DNA of 64,000 nucleotides from Candidatus Tayloriibacteriota bacterium. GTDB lineage: Bacteria; Patescibacteriota; Minisyncoccia; Phycocordibacterales; PALSA-1337. Below are positions 27,761 to 37,445 of the stretch, in pieces. The stretch covers positions 239,441 through 303,440 of the forward strand of contig PLXZ01000004.1 in the NCBI GenBank assembly GCA_003151615.1, written 5' to 3'. The position numbers and the translations under genes are program-made. Each line of letters starts with the position of its first letter. Position 1 is the stretch's first letter. The notes below the pieces were generated by a model, which did no database searches, was not told where the DNA came from, and was given only the letters and a program-made list of their open reading frames with translations.

Positions 27761-28267
27761 ATGATCGAATTCATTACAAGCGCGGCCGTGCTTCTTTCGT
27801 CCATGTACGGAACGCCGGCGCAGGCGACTACCACAGCGCCTGAAATCATCGCTTCTTCAACTCAGACGGCATCCATTGTCGTGGCTATTTCGACGACCAC
27901 GTCTTTTACCGACAATGCGGGTGTAATGGCATATGTAAAGGCGCAGTATTGGAATGAACCCATCCTCGTCGACATCGCCCGCTGTGAATCGGCCTTCAGA
28001 CAGTACGATCTGAAAACCGGCGAAGTTCTCCATGGCGTCAAAGACAACCAGGACATCGGCATCATGCAGATCAATGAGCAGTATCAGGGCGCGAAAGCCG
28101 CTTCAATGGGCTATGATATTGATACGGTTGAGGGGAATGTGGCATATGCCGCGTACCTTTACCAGACGCAGGGAGCCGCTCCGTGGAACGCTTCGTCCGC
28201 ATGCTGGAGCAATGCATATGCTTCGGCCGTTGCCGCCGCGAACGCCAATAATGTGGCGGTTAAGTAA
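27761..28267 (+). CDS. secreted lysozyme-fold protein (transglycosylase-like, Rpf/SLT-like)
   Basis: signal peptide; CES...DIGIMQIN...AYLYQTQGAAPW...ACW resembles Rpf/SLT transglycosylase cores. Confidence 0.45.
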   Translation: MIEFITSAAVLLSSMYGTPAQATTTAPEIIASSTQTASIVVAISTTTSFTDNAGVMAYVKAQYWNEPILVDIARCESAFRQYDLKTGEVLHGVKDNQDIGIMQINEQYQGAKAASMGYDIDTVEGNVAYAAYLYQTQGAAPWNASSACWSNAYASAVAAANANNVAVK

Positions 28268-28292
28268 ATTTCAAACAAAAATCTAACGCATG

Positions 28293-28332
28293 AAAAAACC
28301 GAACGGATCTGAAAAGATTCGTTCGGTTTTGC
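28293..28332. terminator. bidirectional intrinsic terminator between convergent genes
   Basis: CCGAACG...CGTTCGG hairpin with A-run upstream and T-run downstream. Confidence 0.6.
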
Positions 28333-28357
28333 GTTGGGTTTATTTGTCCCGCCGCTA

Positions 28358-29029
28358 TTATTGCAATGGCAAGTGATACTCGTAACCGTCCGGGACAGTG
28401 AGCGAATCCGGATGAATGCCGTTCCAGCTGATGTAGCCGTGCACGACCATGTCGGTCACGAGTGCTTGGAACTGATGTTCGACGGCGTTGACTTTTTTGG
28501 CCAAAGTTTCGGCGGTGTCGTTCGGTTCAATGGGCACGGGCATTCTGAAAAAAACCGGACCTTTGTCGTATTCGTCCGTGACGAAATGCATTGAAACTTC
28601 CGAATGCGTCACTTCGCCGTTTTTGTAAGCGGCGATGACTGCTTCGTGGACATGATGTCCGTAAAGTCCGGGACCCCCAAAACGGGGAAGCGGACCAGGG
28701 TGAATGTTAAAGGTGTTCCAGGGATTGAGACCTTTCGCCAGTTTGAGCCAGCCAGACAAAGCAATGAAATCGGGCCGAGTTGATTCCACGATGCCTTCAT
28801 AGAACGATGTGTCATCAAAAGGTCCCGGAAAGTGTATGAAATGTGTTTTGGAGTGTTTTGCTTTTTCATACACGCCACCGAATGGGTGGTTTGAAACCAC
28901 GGCGACGATATCCGCTTGGAGCGCGCCAGTTTGGGTTGCTTCAACGAGCTTTCCAAAGCCCGAGCCTCCGTTGGTCACGCCGCCTGAGGCGAATACGAGA
29001 AGTCTTGGTTTTTTCATAATGATTTTCAA
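28358..29029 (-). CDS. formyltransferase, PurN (GAR transformylase)-like
   Basis: NIHPGPLPRFGGPG and HFVTDEYDKGPV match PurN catalytic motifs. Confidence 0.7.
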   Translation of the reverse strand: MKIIMKKPRLLVFASGGVTNGGSGFGKLVEATQTGALQADIVAVVSNHPFGGVYEKAKHSKTHFIHFPGPFDDTSFYEGIVESTRPDFIALSGWLKLAKGLNPWNTFNIHPGPLPRFGGPGLYGHHVHEAVIAAYKNGEVTHSEVSMHFVTDEYDKGPVFFRMPVPIEPNDTAETLAKKVNAVEHQFQALVTDMVVHGYISWNGIHPDSLTVPDGYEYHLPLQ

Positions 29030-29222
29030 TTTTTAAACTGCAGCTGCCTTAAGATTGGCAAATTGGGGCGTTTTGTCAAGGGTTTTCGTGCCGCTTACCT
29101 TTTTCCGTATCACTGGTTTGACAAATCTCCCATTTTTTGGTAGAAAGCGGACAGTAGAAACGGACAATAACTGCAACTTAACAATTAATATGAGCTCAAA
29201 CAATTCGATCAACAACGGTTCG

Positions 29223-30215
29223 ATGCGGGTTAAAATTGGCGGTTCACGCGGCTCCTTGCCAGTCTCGGGACCGCAGTATAACAAGACCGGCGGCAATACC
29301 ACTTCATTGCGCGTCTACTCAAGCTGTTTGCCTCCAAAGACAGCTCTCATCATTGACGGGGGAACGGGATTTTTGCCCCTTTCGAACGAGGCGCTCAAGG
29401 AAGGTGCGAACCATCTTATGATTTTGCTCACGCATCATCACCACGATCACAGCCAAGGGCTTTTCATTGCTCCGACGACGTTCAACCCGCAAATCCGCAA
29501 AAGCATTTGGGGACCGGTTGAAAGCAATGTCGGTCCGCAGGAGGCTTTCAAAAATTTGATGAAACCGCCCTATCATCCGGTTCCGGCAGAGCGCGTATTG
29601 GCGGCGTTTTCCTTCCAAAATTTGGAAACACCCTCGGCATTCGTGTTCCTGTTTCATCCGCAGGCCGACAATCCGGTTATTATACCCGTTGACCAATACG
29701 AATTGATTGTCAAAAAGGGAACGGGCATGATTGACTTCGGCGGCAAAAATCTTCAAAAATTCAACGAATGCCTCCTTGTCAGGATGTATTGGTCGAATCA
29801 TCCGGAGCGCACCATATGTTACCGGTTCGAGGAATTGCCGACGGGGAAGATTTTCGTCTTTCTGACCGACCATGAAAACATGGCGGAACTTCCGTTAGTC
29901 ACGCAGAAGCATCTCGAAAATGCTGGCCTGCTGATTATGGATTCGCAATACAGCGAGGAGGCGTATCATAGCTATGCCAAAGGCTTCGGCCACGGCACTC
30001 CGGAATATTGCGTTGATGTGGCGGTTCGTTGCGGCGTCAGCCAGCTTGGGCTTACACATCATGATCCGTCGTCGAGCGACGACTATCTGGAGACGGTCAT
30101 TTTGAAAGCCGCCACTGACGAAAGGGAACGCCGATGCGTTGCACCTGAAGGCGGCGGCATGATGAGCCTGAAGTCCGTGTTCCTGTGCATGGACGGTTTG
30201 GTTATTGAAGTTTAA
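29223..30215 (+). CDS. MBL-fold metallo-hydrolase
   Basis: HHHHDH (HxHxDH) motif; start assumed at MRVKIGG (ORF track 29055). Confidence 0.6.
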   Translation: MRVKIGGSRGSLPVSGPQYNKTGGNTTSLRVYSSCLPPKTALIIDGGTGFLPLSNEALKEGANHLMILLTHHHHDHSQGLFIAPTTFNPQIRKSIWGPVESNVGPQEAFKNLMKPPYHPVPAERVLAAFSFQNLETPSAFVFLFHPQADNPVIIPVDQYELIVKKGTGMIDFGGKNLQKFNECLLVRMYWSNHPERTICYRFEELPTGKIFVFLTDHENMAELPLVTQKHLENAGLLIMDSQYSEEAYHSYAKGFGHGTPEYCVDVAVRCGVSQLGLTHHDPSSSDDYLETVILKAATDERERRCVAPEGGGMMSLKSVFLCMDGLVIEV

Positions 30216-30236
30216 AAAACAAGCGTGTCAAAACAC

Positions 30237-30270
30237 AAACGCCGTGGAAAATTTCACGGCGTTTTTTTAT
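30237..30270 (+). terminator. rho-independent terminator after MBL gene
   Basis: GCCGTG-gaaaattt-CACGGC + T7. Confidence 0.7.
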
Positions 30271-30435
30271 TTAAGGGGAGCTAGGGGAACACTTATGTGG
30301 GCATTTATGTCGGATACTTCCGACGCCGAGAAAGTGTATTGAATCATTGCAGGGAAGGCTCCATAAGCCTTATACACTCGTGTCGCACAATATACATTTT
30401 TAGCCACACCTAATATAGTACTTCAGCGTTAATGC

Positions 30436-30762
30436 CTATATAGTCGCTGGCGGAGTTGGATATTCGGCTGGGTTCTGATTCTGCTCGCCCGCCGGCAACT
30501 GTCCCGAATCTATTCTCTGTATGTCGGCTATCGACGGGTCCCAAATATAAGTTATAAACAAATCATAAACTTCGGTGGCCGGCGTTTTCAAATAAGTATC
30601 CCAAACATAGGTTACGCTGCCCCATACGTACGAAAAATTGCTTTCGGATGTCGGCGAAGTCGCGAGTTGGCGGAGGTTGATGCCGAAATAGCTTACGACA
30701 AGCAGGGCGATGATGATTAGAATAACCGTGCGGACGATTCCCCTCTGTTTGTTAATTTTCAT
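30436..30762 (-). CDS. small membrane-anchored hypothetical protein
   Basis: N-terminal TM, 108 aa. Confidence 0.35.
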   Translation of the reverse strand: MKINKQRGIVRTVILIIIALLVVSYFGINLRQLATSPTSESNFSYVWGSVTYVWDTYLKTPATEVYDLFITYIWDPSIADIQRIDSGQLPAGEQNQNPAEYPTPPATI

Positions 30763-30804
30763 GGTCTAATTATATCACAGCCTTTCCGCCGGCAAGATCG
30801 AGTT

Positions 30805-32292
30805 TTAAACAGCTTGTCTGAGGCGTCTCAAGGTTTCGTCCTTGCCAAGCACGCTTGCCATAATGAATGGATCGGGAGATTTTTCCTTTCCGGATAATGC
30901 ATAGCGCATCGGCCACAGGACGCTGCCGCGACCGCCGGCATCGGCCGTTATTGATTCCGCGTAGGGCCAGATTGCAGCCTTTATTTTTTCCGCGCTGAAG
31001 GCGCCGTCGGTATCCCCCATCGTTTCAAGTGTTTTTATGACACTATTGATGTGCACCGCGACGTTTGCGGCGTCCTTTTCCTTCTTCCAGATGAGAGATT
31101 TTTTTTCATAGGCCGGAAGGGCATTGATGAACGACAACTCCCCTGCCGGCGCAAAAAGTTCCGGTATCTCGCTGAAGACCTGAATTTTTTCGCGGATGAG
31201 CGGCAGAAGTTTTACAATTTTATTTTCATTGCCGGCGTTTTTGTCCGTCAAATTTTTCGGAAGAAAATCCTGCGCGAGCTTCAGAAATTCCCCGTCGGAA
31301 AGTTTCGCCAAATAATTTTTATTCATCCAGAGCAATTTTTCCTCATTGAATGCTCCGCCCGATTTTTGTATTTTTTCAAGGCTGAATTGGGCCATCAGTT
31401 CCCTGCCGTCCATGATTTCCTCCGTTCCGCCCGGGTTCCAGCCAATCAATGCAAGAAAATTGACCATAGCGTCGGGCAAGAAACCTTCGGCCCGGTATTC
31501 CAAAATGTCCTTTGCCCCGTCACGTTTGCCGAGCTTTTTGGTCCGGTCGTCGCGCAAAATCGGCGGCAATGTGGCGAACTGCGGCGGTGTAATGCCGAGC
31601 GCTTCGTAGAGGCTCAAAAAACGCGGCGTGCTGGAAATGAATTCGTCTCCGCGCAAAATATGCGTCACGCCCATATTCAAGTCGTCAATGATATGCGCGA
31701 AATTGTAGGTCGGATAGCCGTCAGCTTTTATTAAAATAAAGTCATCGAGAGCTTCTTCTCCCGCTTCCAAATCGCCGCGAACAATGTCGTGCCATTTGCA
31801 CCGTTTGATTTCAGGAACTTTTAAACGAAGTGGTTTTATGCCGTCCCACGTCGCCTTGTACCCGGCCTCCGCCACTTCCTTTGGCCGATGATCGCGGTAC
31901 AAAAACGGCCGTTTTTCCGCTTCAGCTTGTTTTCGAAACGCATCGATTTCTTCCTGCGTGTAAGGATCGGGATATGCCAAACCTTTTTCAATTAATTTAT
32001 GCGCGTACTCGCGATATGTATCAAGGCGCTGTGATTGAATGCACGAACCAAACGATCCTGGCTTGTCCGGTCCGTAATCCCAATCAATACCGAGCCACGA
32101 AAGCGATTTTTGAATGTGTTCAATCGAACCCGCAACCTCCCTTTCTTTGTCGGTGTCTTCAATGCGGAGAATGAATGTGCCTTTGTTTTTTCGGGCCCAA
32201 AGCCACGCAAAAAGAGCCGTGCGCACCCCTCCGATATGCATAAAACCCGTTGGAGACGGGGCGAAACGGGTAACAATAGGCTTATTTGACAT
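30805..32292 (-). CDS. gltX: glutamate--tRNA ligase
   Basis: PSPTGFMHIGG (HIGH), KLGKR (KMSKS-like), anticodon-binding C-domain. Confidence 0.9.
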   Translation of the reverse strand: MSNKPIVTRFAPSPTGFMHIGGVRTALFAWLWARKNKGTFILRIEDTDKEREVAGSIEHIQKSLSWLGIDWDYGPDKPGSFGSCIQSQRLDTYREYAHKLIEKGLAYPDPYTQEEIDAFRKQAEAEKRPFLYRDHRPKEVAEAGYKATWDGIKPLRLKVPEIKRCKWHDIVRGDLEAGEEALDDFILIKADGYPTYNFAHIIDDLNMGVTHILRGDEFISSTPRFLSLYEALGITPPQFATLPPILRDDRTKKLGKRDGAKDILEYRAEGFLPDAMVNFLALIGWNPGGTEEIMDGRELMAQFSLEKIQKSGGAFNEEKLLWMNKNYLAKLSDGEFLKLAQDFLPKNLTDKNAGNENKIVKLLPLIREKIQVFSEIPELFAPAGELSFINALPAYEKKSLIWKKEKDAANVAVHINSVIKTLETMGDTDGAFSAEKIKAAIWPYAESITADAGGRGSVLWPMRYALSGKEKSPDPFIMASVLGKDETLRRLRQAV

Positions 32293-32303
32293 GTTATTAT
32301 TCT

Positions 32304-32332
32304 AGCACAAAAGCGCCCGTTGAGGCGCTTTT
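32304..32332 (-). terminator. intrinsic terminator after gene 32358-32840
   Basis: GCGCC...GGCGC hairpin followed by TTTTGT on minus strand. Confidence 0.55.
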
Positions 32333-32357
32333 GTGGAAATTATATTTCGAAGGTTGA

Positions 32358-32840
32358 TTAACCCTTTATGTTCGCGTTTGCATTCGCACTCGCATGGAAT
32401 GTCGCCATGATTGCGTTTCCGTTTGAGTCGAGAATAGGCTGGGTAGCTGCCGCGTCAGAGTACAGTTCAGCGTAATATGTTTTGCCGTCAATCATTGAAG
32501 ACGTCAGGTTGACCTGGCCGGGATTTATTCCAGCCGGGAAAGCCTTCGATCCGATCACTTTGCCGGGCGTGCCGCTGTTGTCATTTTTTATGACGACATA
32601 GCCGGGAGCCGCCAATTGAACCGATGAAACGTAAACGATATTTCCCGGAAACTGGTCAGTGACCGAGATTCGGTTCGCCTCGCCCGCCTGTGCCGGCTGG
32701 TTCGAAGTCGTACCCGTGCTCGTTACCGGAGCCGGAGCGCTGCTTCCGCCGAAGAAATAGAAGCCGAGAATGATAAGAATAATGATGACTACTACGGTGA
32801 TGATCCATGTCCATGGATTTACTTTATTCTGTGGTTGCAT
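32358..32840 (-). CDS. membrane-anchored hypothetical protein
   Basis: N-terminal TM then soluble domain; no recognised family. Confidence 0.4.
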   Translation of the reverse strand: MQPQNKVNPWTWIITVVVIIILIILGFYFFGGSSAPAPVTSTGTTSNQPAQAGEANRISVTDQFPGNIVYVSSVQLAAPGYVVIKNDNSGTPGKVIGSKAFPAGINPGQVNLTSSMIDGKTYYAELYSDAAATQPILDSNGNAIMATFHASANANANIKG

Positions 32841-32964
32841 GTGTTTTTATTATTGATTAAAACTGACGCTGATAATTACTACACGTTTTCGACGTGAAAT
32901 ATTTCGCTGTTATTTCCCCGCCATTATAGCACATATCCGCCGTCGGAAAAGTAATAGTTTTCCA

Positions 32965-34143
32965 CTATTCGTGCTGAAGGCCGATTTCCAGGATAACACG
33001 CGCTATTTCACGGGCTGAATCGGTCCGGGCGAAGTTTTTGGCCCCCCGTATCATCTTCTCCTGCAAGGCATGATTGCCCATGATTTTGTCAATTTCAGCA
33101 ATCAATATGTGAGACGTCATATTGTGTTCCTCAATGACCGAGCAGGCTCCGGAACGCGCGTATGAGAAAGCATTTTCAGTTTGGTCGTGGCTGATTGCGG
33201 TATTGAGAGGTATGAGGATTGAAGGCTTGCCCCACGCCGCAATTTCAAAAATGGAAGAACCGGCGCGCGATACGACGATGCTTGCGGCGCCCGCGGCCAT
33301 GCGCATGGTGAGGTCGTTCAAATAATCAATCGGTTTATAGCGTCCGGCATCCGGGTTATCCTTCATGATACTCGAGAGGACGGTGCTGACGTCCTGAAAG
33401 TTTTTTCTTCCGGTCTGATGGATTATCTGGTAGCGTTTTACCAATTCAGGAACTGCATCCGTGACTACGTCATTGATGAACTGCGAACCTTGCGATCCGC
33501 CGATTATGAAAACGATGGGCAGGTTTTCTTCAAGATGAAGATATTCTTTCGCGCCGTTTGACAGCGGCGTGAGAACTTCCTTGCGCACCGGATTGCCGGT
33601 GTAGGCGATTTTGCTTTTGCCGAAGTTGGGGTCTTTTTTGTTCTTGATTTTTGCCTTTGTCCCGAGCATTTTTTCAAAATAATCGGCGGCCGAAGGATAT
33701 GAAACGGCAACGCGAACCGCAAATTTCGCGGCCCATTTGTTGACGCGTCCCGGCTGGCTGTCGGATTCGTGGATTACGACTGGAATTCGCAGCAGTCGCG
33801 CCGCCAGAAGTCCCGGAAAGCTGGCGTAGCCTCCTTTTCCAAAGACGACGTCCGGATATGTGCCAAACATGGAAAATACCGCCGATATGATTCCGTAGCC
33901 TGTTTTAAAGACGTCGGTGATGTTGAGAAGCGAAAAATAGCGGCGCATTTTTCCCGCCGGCACGCGGATGAATTCTATTTCATTGTCAAAGAGCGCGCGC
34001 GGATTGTAGCGCGACGGCGCCATATAAAAAAGTTCCGGATTGAGGATTTTCCGGTCCTTCGCTTCTTCCTGCACGGCTTCCGCCACTGCAATGATCGGAT
34101 AGAAATGTCCGCCCGAACCGCCGCCCGTTAATACTATTTTCAT
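32965..34143 (-). CDS. murG: undecaprenyldiphospho-muramoylpentapeptide beta-N-acetylglucosaminyltransferase MurG
   Basis: GGSGGHFYP N-terminal motif, GT-B fold length; adjacent to ftsW. Confidence 0.9.
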   Translation of the reverse strand: MKIVLTGGGSGGHFYPIIAVAEAVQEEAKDRKILNPELFYMAPSRYNPRALFDNEIEFIRVPAGKMRRYFSLLNITDVFKTGYGIISAVFSMFGTYPDVVFGKGGYASFPGLLAARLLRIPVVIHESDSQPGRVNKWAAKFAVRVAVSYPSAADYFEKMLGTKAKIKNKKDPNFGKSKIAYTGNPVRKEVLTPLSNGAKEYLHLEENLPIVFIIGGSQGSQFINDVVTDAVPELVKRYQIIHQTGRKNFQDVSTVLSSIMKDNPDAGRYKPIDYLNDLTMRMAAGAASIVVSRAGSSIFEIAAWGKPSILIPLNTAISHDQTENAFSYARSGACSVIEEHNMTSHILIAEIDKIMGNHALQEKMIRGAKNFARTDSAREIARVILEIGLQHE

Positions 34144-34171
34144 GGGGATGATTATAGCATAAACTCCATTA

Positions 34172-34282
34172 CCCCCACGATATTGTTGTTATGCAAGACA
34201 CGGAAATTTGAGGGCTTCAAATTTCCTCCTCTACGGACCGTCGTCCTCCGAGAGGTCTTGTATAACAACAATATCGTGGGGG
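34172..34282 (+). repeat. Family-2 structured repeat, copy C (21+6-bp IR arms CCCCCACGATATTGTTGTTAT...ATAACAACAATATCGTGGGGG)
   Basis: core with 10-bp hairpin (loop GGGCT), CCTCCTCT, GGACCGTCGTCC, GAGGTCT. Confidence 0.6.
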
Positions 34283-34337
34283 TGCTAAAGATTGACATCT
34301 GTAAAAAGCAAAACCCCACAAATAAATGCAGGGTTTG

Positions 34338-34649
34338 CTATTGAAAGAGTTGGAGGATTAAATCAAAGCTATCGTCTGGCGCTGTAATGTTTCTTTGAAT
34401 TTTACGACACTCGATACACTTGTGAACTATCATCCAACCTTTCTTTGAGTGACGTTCTATGCGTATCGGTTCCATCAAATTACGGCATGTTTCCATTCGA
34501 TCGCCAGGCACAATATCTACATGTTTACACCATAGACAATGCGGGCAATGGTTACGGAAACTTCCGTTTGAAAGTGATTCCACAAACATAGAACATTTCT
34601 CACATGTAAAGGCATCGTTGCCTTTACCATAGAAATTTTTTCGCTTCAT
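34338..34649 (-). CDS. RNHCP domain protein (Cys-rich zinc-finger-like)
   Basis: literal RNHCPHC motif plus multiple CxxC pairs. Confidence 0.55.
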   Translation of the reverse strand: MKRKNFYGKGNDAFTCEKCSMFVESLSNGSFRNHCPHCLWCKHVDIVPGDRMETCRNLMEPIRIERHSKKGWMIVHKCIECRKIQRNITAPDDSFDLILQLFQ

Positions 34650-34952
34650 CCTGCGTAAGCAGGGTTCGGTTTAATCTTAAAAGCAGGCTTGAGCAAAAGT
34701 AGTTACAACATTCATCGCCAAAGCGATTACTTCCAGTTCCTACTTCATTTCCAAAAAGGAAAATCCGAGTGGGGTTTATGAATTTGTTCCCACCACAGTC
34801 CATCGCCATTACACGATTGGTCACCGGTTTAGTGTCTTTTGCTCTCACTGCACTCTGTTACCAGAGGCATCCTCCCCTTACAGGATTAGCGATGTAAATG
34901 AACAGTTTAATAATACAATATTAGATATACTATGTCAAATAGGAATCAAATT

Positions 34953-36050
34953 TTACTTCTTCTGATACTTCGAAATATTGGCGATGACGCCGACGGCGGC
35001 GAGAATAATGATAAGTGCGGTACCGCCGTGCGAGACGAAAAGGAGCGGCTTGCCGGTCAGCGGGATGACGCCGAGCATGGCGCTGATATTGACGAATGAT
35101 TCCACGACGACGAGCATACTAATGCCCAAAACGGTCAGGCGGGCGAAATTGTCCGGAGCGCGGGTGGCGATTTTAAACGAGCGCGCCGCGAACAGGACAA
35201 AAAGTGCTATCAATGCGACTGCTCCGGCGAAACCGAATTCCTCGGCCTCAACGGCGAAAATGGAATCGCCGGTCGGTTCCGGCAGGTAGCCGAATTTCTG
35301 CACGCTTTGTCCATAGCCGCGTCCGAAAATTCCTCCCGAACCGATCGCGATAAGGGATTGCTGAATCTGGTAGCCCGAACCTTGCGGATCCGCCGCGGGA
35401 TTCAAATACGTGACGATGCGTTGACGGGCATAGGGCCGCGTTGCAACAACTCCTCCCACGACTAGCGCCCCAATAAGGACAATCAGCCCTAAATGGCTCA
35501 ATTTAGCCCCGCTGGCGATGAGCATTCCCCCGCCGGTGACGACAATGACGGCCAGGGTGAACGTGTCGGACTGTGCCAGCAGAAGTCCGCCTAAAATGAG
35601 GCAGAGAAATAAAAACGGCAGAATTCCCTGTTTGAAGGTCGATACTTTGTCCTTCACATGCGCGAGCCATGCCGCGAAATAAATGATGAAGGCGATTTTC
35701 AGAAATTCGGAAGGTTGGAGCGTTACGAATTTCAGGTTGATCCACCGGCCCGCGCCTCCGGACGTCAGCGTCAATGCATGGATGAACAAAACGCAGTTGA
35801 GCGCGATTGCCGCGACCAGAATATAAAAGGCGTTTTTCTTCCAAAATGTGTAGGGAATTTTTGAAGCGACGTAAAAAGCGACGAGACCCAGGATGAGGCT
35901 GACGAACTGCGTCATCGTCACCGAACCGAAAATCGAATTCGTCTGCGCCAGAAGCCCCAGCGACGCGGAGGTGAAAATAAAAAAGCCGCCTAATGCCAGG
36001 ACGATGACCGAAGCCAAAAATATCCTGTCAATTTTCGCTGATTTTTTCAT
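34953..36050 (-). CDS. ftsW: SEDS-family peptidoglycan polymerase FtsW/RodA
   Basis: 10-TM SEDS protein, IAIGSGGIFGRGYGQS motif; adjacent to murG. Confidence 0.8.
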   Translation of the reverse strand: MKKSAKIDRIFLASVIVLALGGFFIFTSASLGLLAQTNSIFGSVTMTQFVSLILGLVAFYVASKIPYTFWKKNAFYILVAAIALNCVLFIHALTLTSGGAGRWINLKFVTLQPSEFLKIAFIIYFAAWLAHVKDKVSTFKQGILPFLFLCLILGGLLLAQSDTFTLAVIVVTGGGMLIASGAKLSHLGLIVLIGALVVGGVVATRPYARQRIVTYLNPAADPQGSGYQIQQSLIAIGSGGIFGRGYGQSVQKFGYLPEPTGDSIFAVEAEEFGFAGAVALIALFVLFAARSFKIATRAPDNFARLTVLGISMLVVVESFVNISAMLGVIPLTGKPLLFVSHGGTALIIILAAVGVIANISKYQKK

Positions 36051-36627
36051 TTAAGGGATCTGTTGCCGCTGAATCAGCTGGGGTATCCGTCACATCCGCC
36101 ATGGCCGCCGCCTTGAACGTTTCTATGTTTTTTCGGACGCTTTCATAGTCGGGCAAATCGGCGATATTCGAAATGCCGAGATGAGACATCAAATCAAAAG
36201 ATGATTTATAAAGGAAACTACGGCGGTCCTTCGGATTTTCGACCTTGTCCACGAGACCCCGGACGAGCAGATTTCGCAGGATAAACTGCGAATTGACGCC
36301 GCGGATATAGTCGATTTCTGCACGCGTAACTGGCCCCTGATACAGGATGATCGAAAGGGTTTCAAGACCGGCTTTGCCGAGGTCCTTCACCAGCTCTTCT
36401 TTCGTCAATTTTTCAATGAGCGTGGAAACATCCTTCGAAGTGCCGAGCGTCACTTCATTTTCGAGCTCGACGAGGGTCAGGCCGCGGTTTTGCAGCGTGG
36501 TTTTCAGTACAGCGATGGCGTCACGTATTTCCTGTTCGCTTTTTTCGAAAATAGCCGCCAATTTTTTGACGGATGTCGGTTCTGCTTTCCAAAAAAGCAC
36601 CGCTTCAATTTGCGCATCGAGAGTCAT
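36028..36627 (-). CDS. scpB: segregation and condensation protein B
   Basis: tandem winged-helix ScpB sequence. Confidence 0.85.
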   Translation of the reverse strand: MTLDAQIEAVLFWKAEPTSVKKLAAIFEKSEQEIRDAIAVLKTTLQNRGLTLVELENEVTLGTSKDVSTLIEKLTKEELVKDLGKAGLETLSIILYQGPVTRAEIDYIRGVNSQFILRNLLVRGLVDKVENPKDRRSFLYKSSFDLMSHLGISNIADLPDYESVRKNIETFKAAAMADVTDTPADSAATDPLNEKISEN

Positions 36628-36659
36628 GCCGGAATTATAACATACGAAAAGTTGTCCGG

Positions 36660-37427
36660 TTATGTATAGTGCGGAATCCCGGCTTCCCGCGTTTCCATGT
36701 GAATATCCGCATGAGTATTGGCGTCGGCATTTTCCTGGGTGACATTAATGATTCCCTGCTTCACTAATTCCAGCATGGCGAGAAAGCTTACGATGACATG
36801 GACTTTCACTTCTTTGTTTCCCGCACTCGTGCCAGTCGAACCGTCGCCCATTTTGGCGAATTCCTTGAAGCTCATGCGCAGGCTTTTTGTGACGCGCTCG
36901 GTCAGTCGGCCTATCATTTCCTCCAGGCTCATGACTTTTTGGACAAGGGCTTTTGGCAAGGTTTCTTTTTTTGGCAATGCCTGGATCAAGGCCTTAATTG
37001 AAGCGGAAAGACCCGCCACGGTCATTGATGCATCGGGCGAAAACAGAGGTTCCATCGGCCGCGATTGCGAAGGTTGGAAAATAATGTCTTTGCCGAATAA
37101 TGTTTTTACATGCAGGCTGGCATTTTTTATTTCCTGGTAGATTTTGAGGCGTGTTTCCAAATCGTGAATTCCCTGCTCTTCCTCGCCCGTCAAATCAAGC
37201 GCCGGCAGAAGTGATTTCGACTTGATGAGGAGAAGCGTCGACGCGATCAAAATAAAGTTCGCCGAATCGGCCATCGGAAATTGTCCGAGAGCCTGGATGT
37301 GCGCGATGAAGTCATCCGTCACTTTCGCCAAAGCAATGTCGTTCACGAACAATTTCCGTTTTTCTATGAGCGACAGCAAAAGGTCGAGCGGTCCTTCGAA
37401 ATGTTCTTGTTTGACGATAAATGGCAT
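36660..37427 (-). CDS. scpA: segregation and condensation protein A (kleisin)
   Basis: ScpA N-terminal motif FEGPLDLLLSLI; scpA-scpB order. Confidence 0.85.
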   Translation of the reverse strand: MPFIVKQEHFEGPLDLLLSLIEKRKLFVNDIALAKVTDDFIAHIQALGQFPMADSANFILIASTLLLIKSKSLLPALDLTGEEEQGIHDLETRLKIYQEIKNASLHVKTLFGKDIIFQPSQSRPMEPLFSPDASMTVAGLSASIKALIQALPKKETLPKALVQKVMSLEEMIGRLTERVTKSLRMSFKEFAKMGDGSTGTSAGNKEVKVHVIVSFLAMLELVKQGIINVTQENADANTHADIHMETREAGIPHYT

Positions 37428-37445
37428 GTTTTTTGTGGGGTTTCG

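Noticed and set aside
3784-34282. CRISPR array
   Set aside because: Repeats are few (3-4), in different intergenic regions and not regularly spaced, and there are no cas genes.
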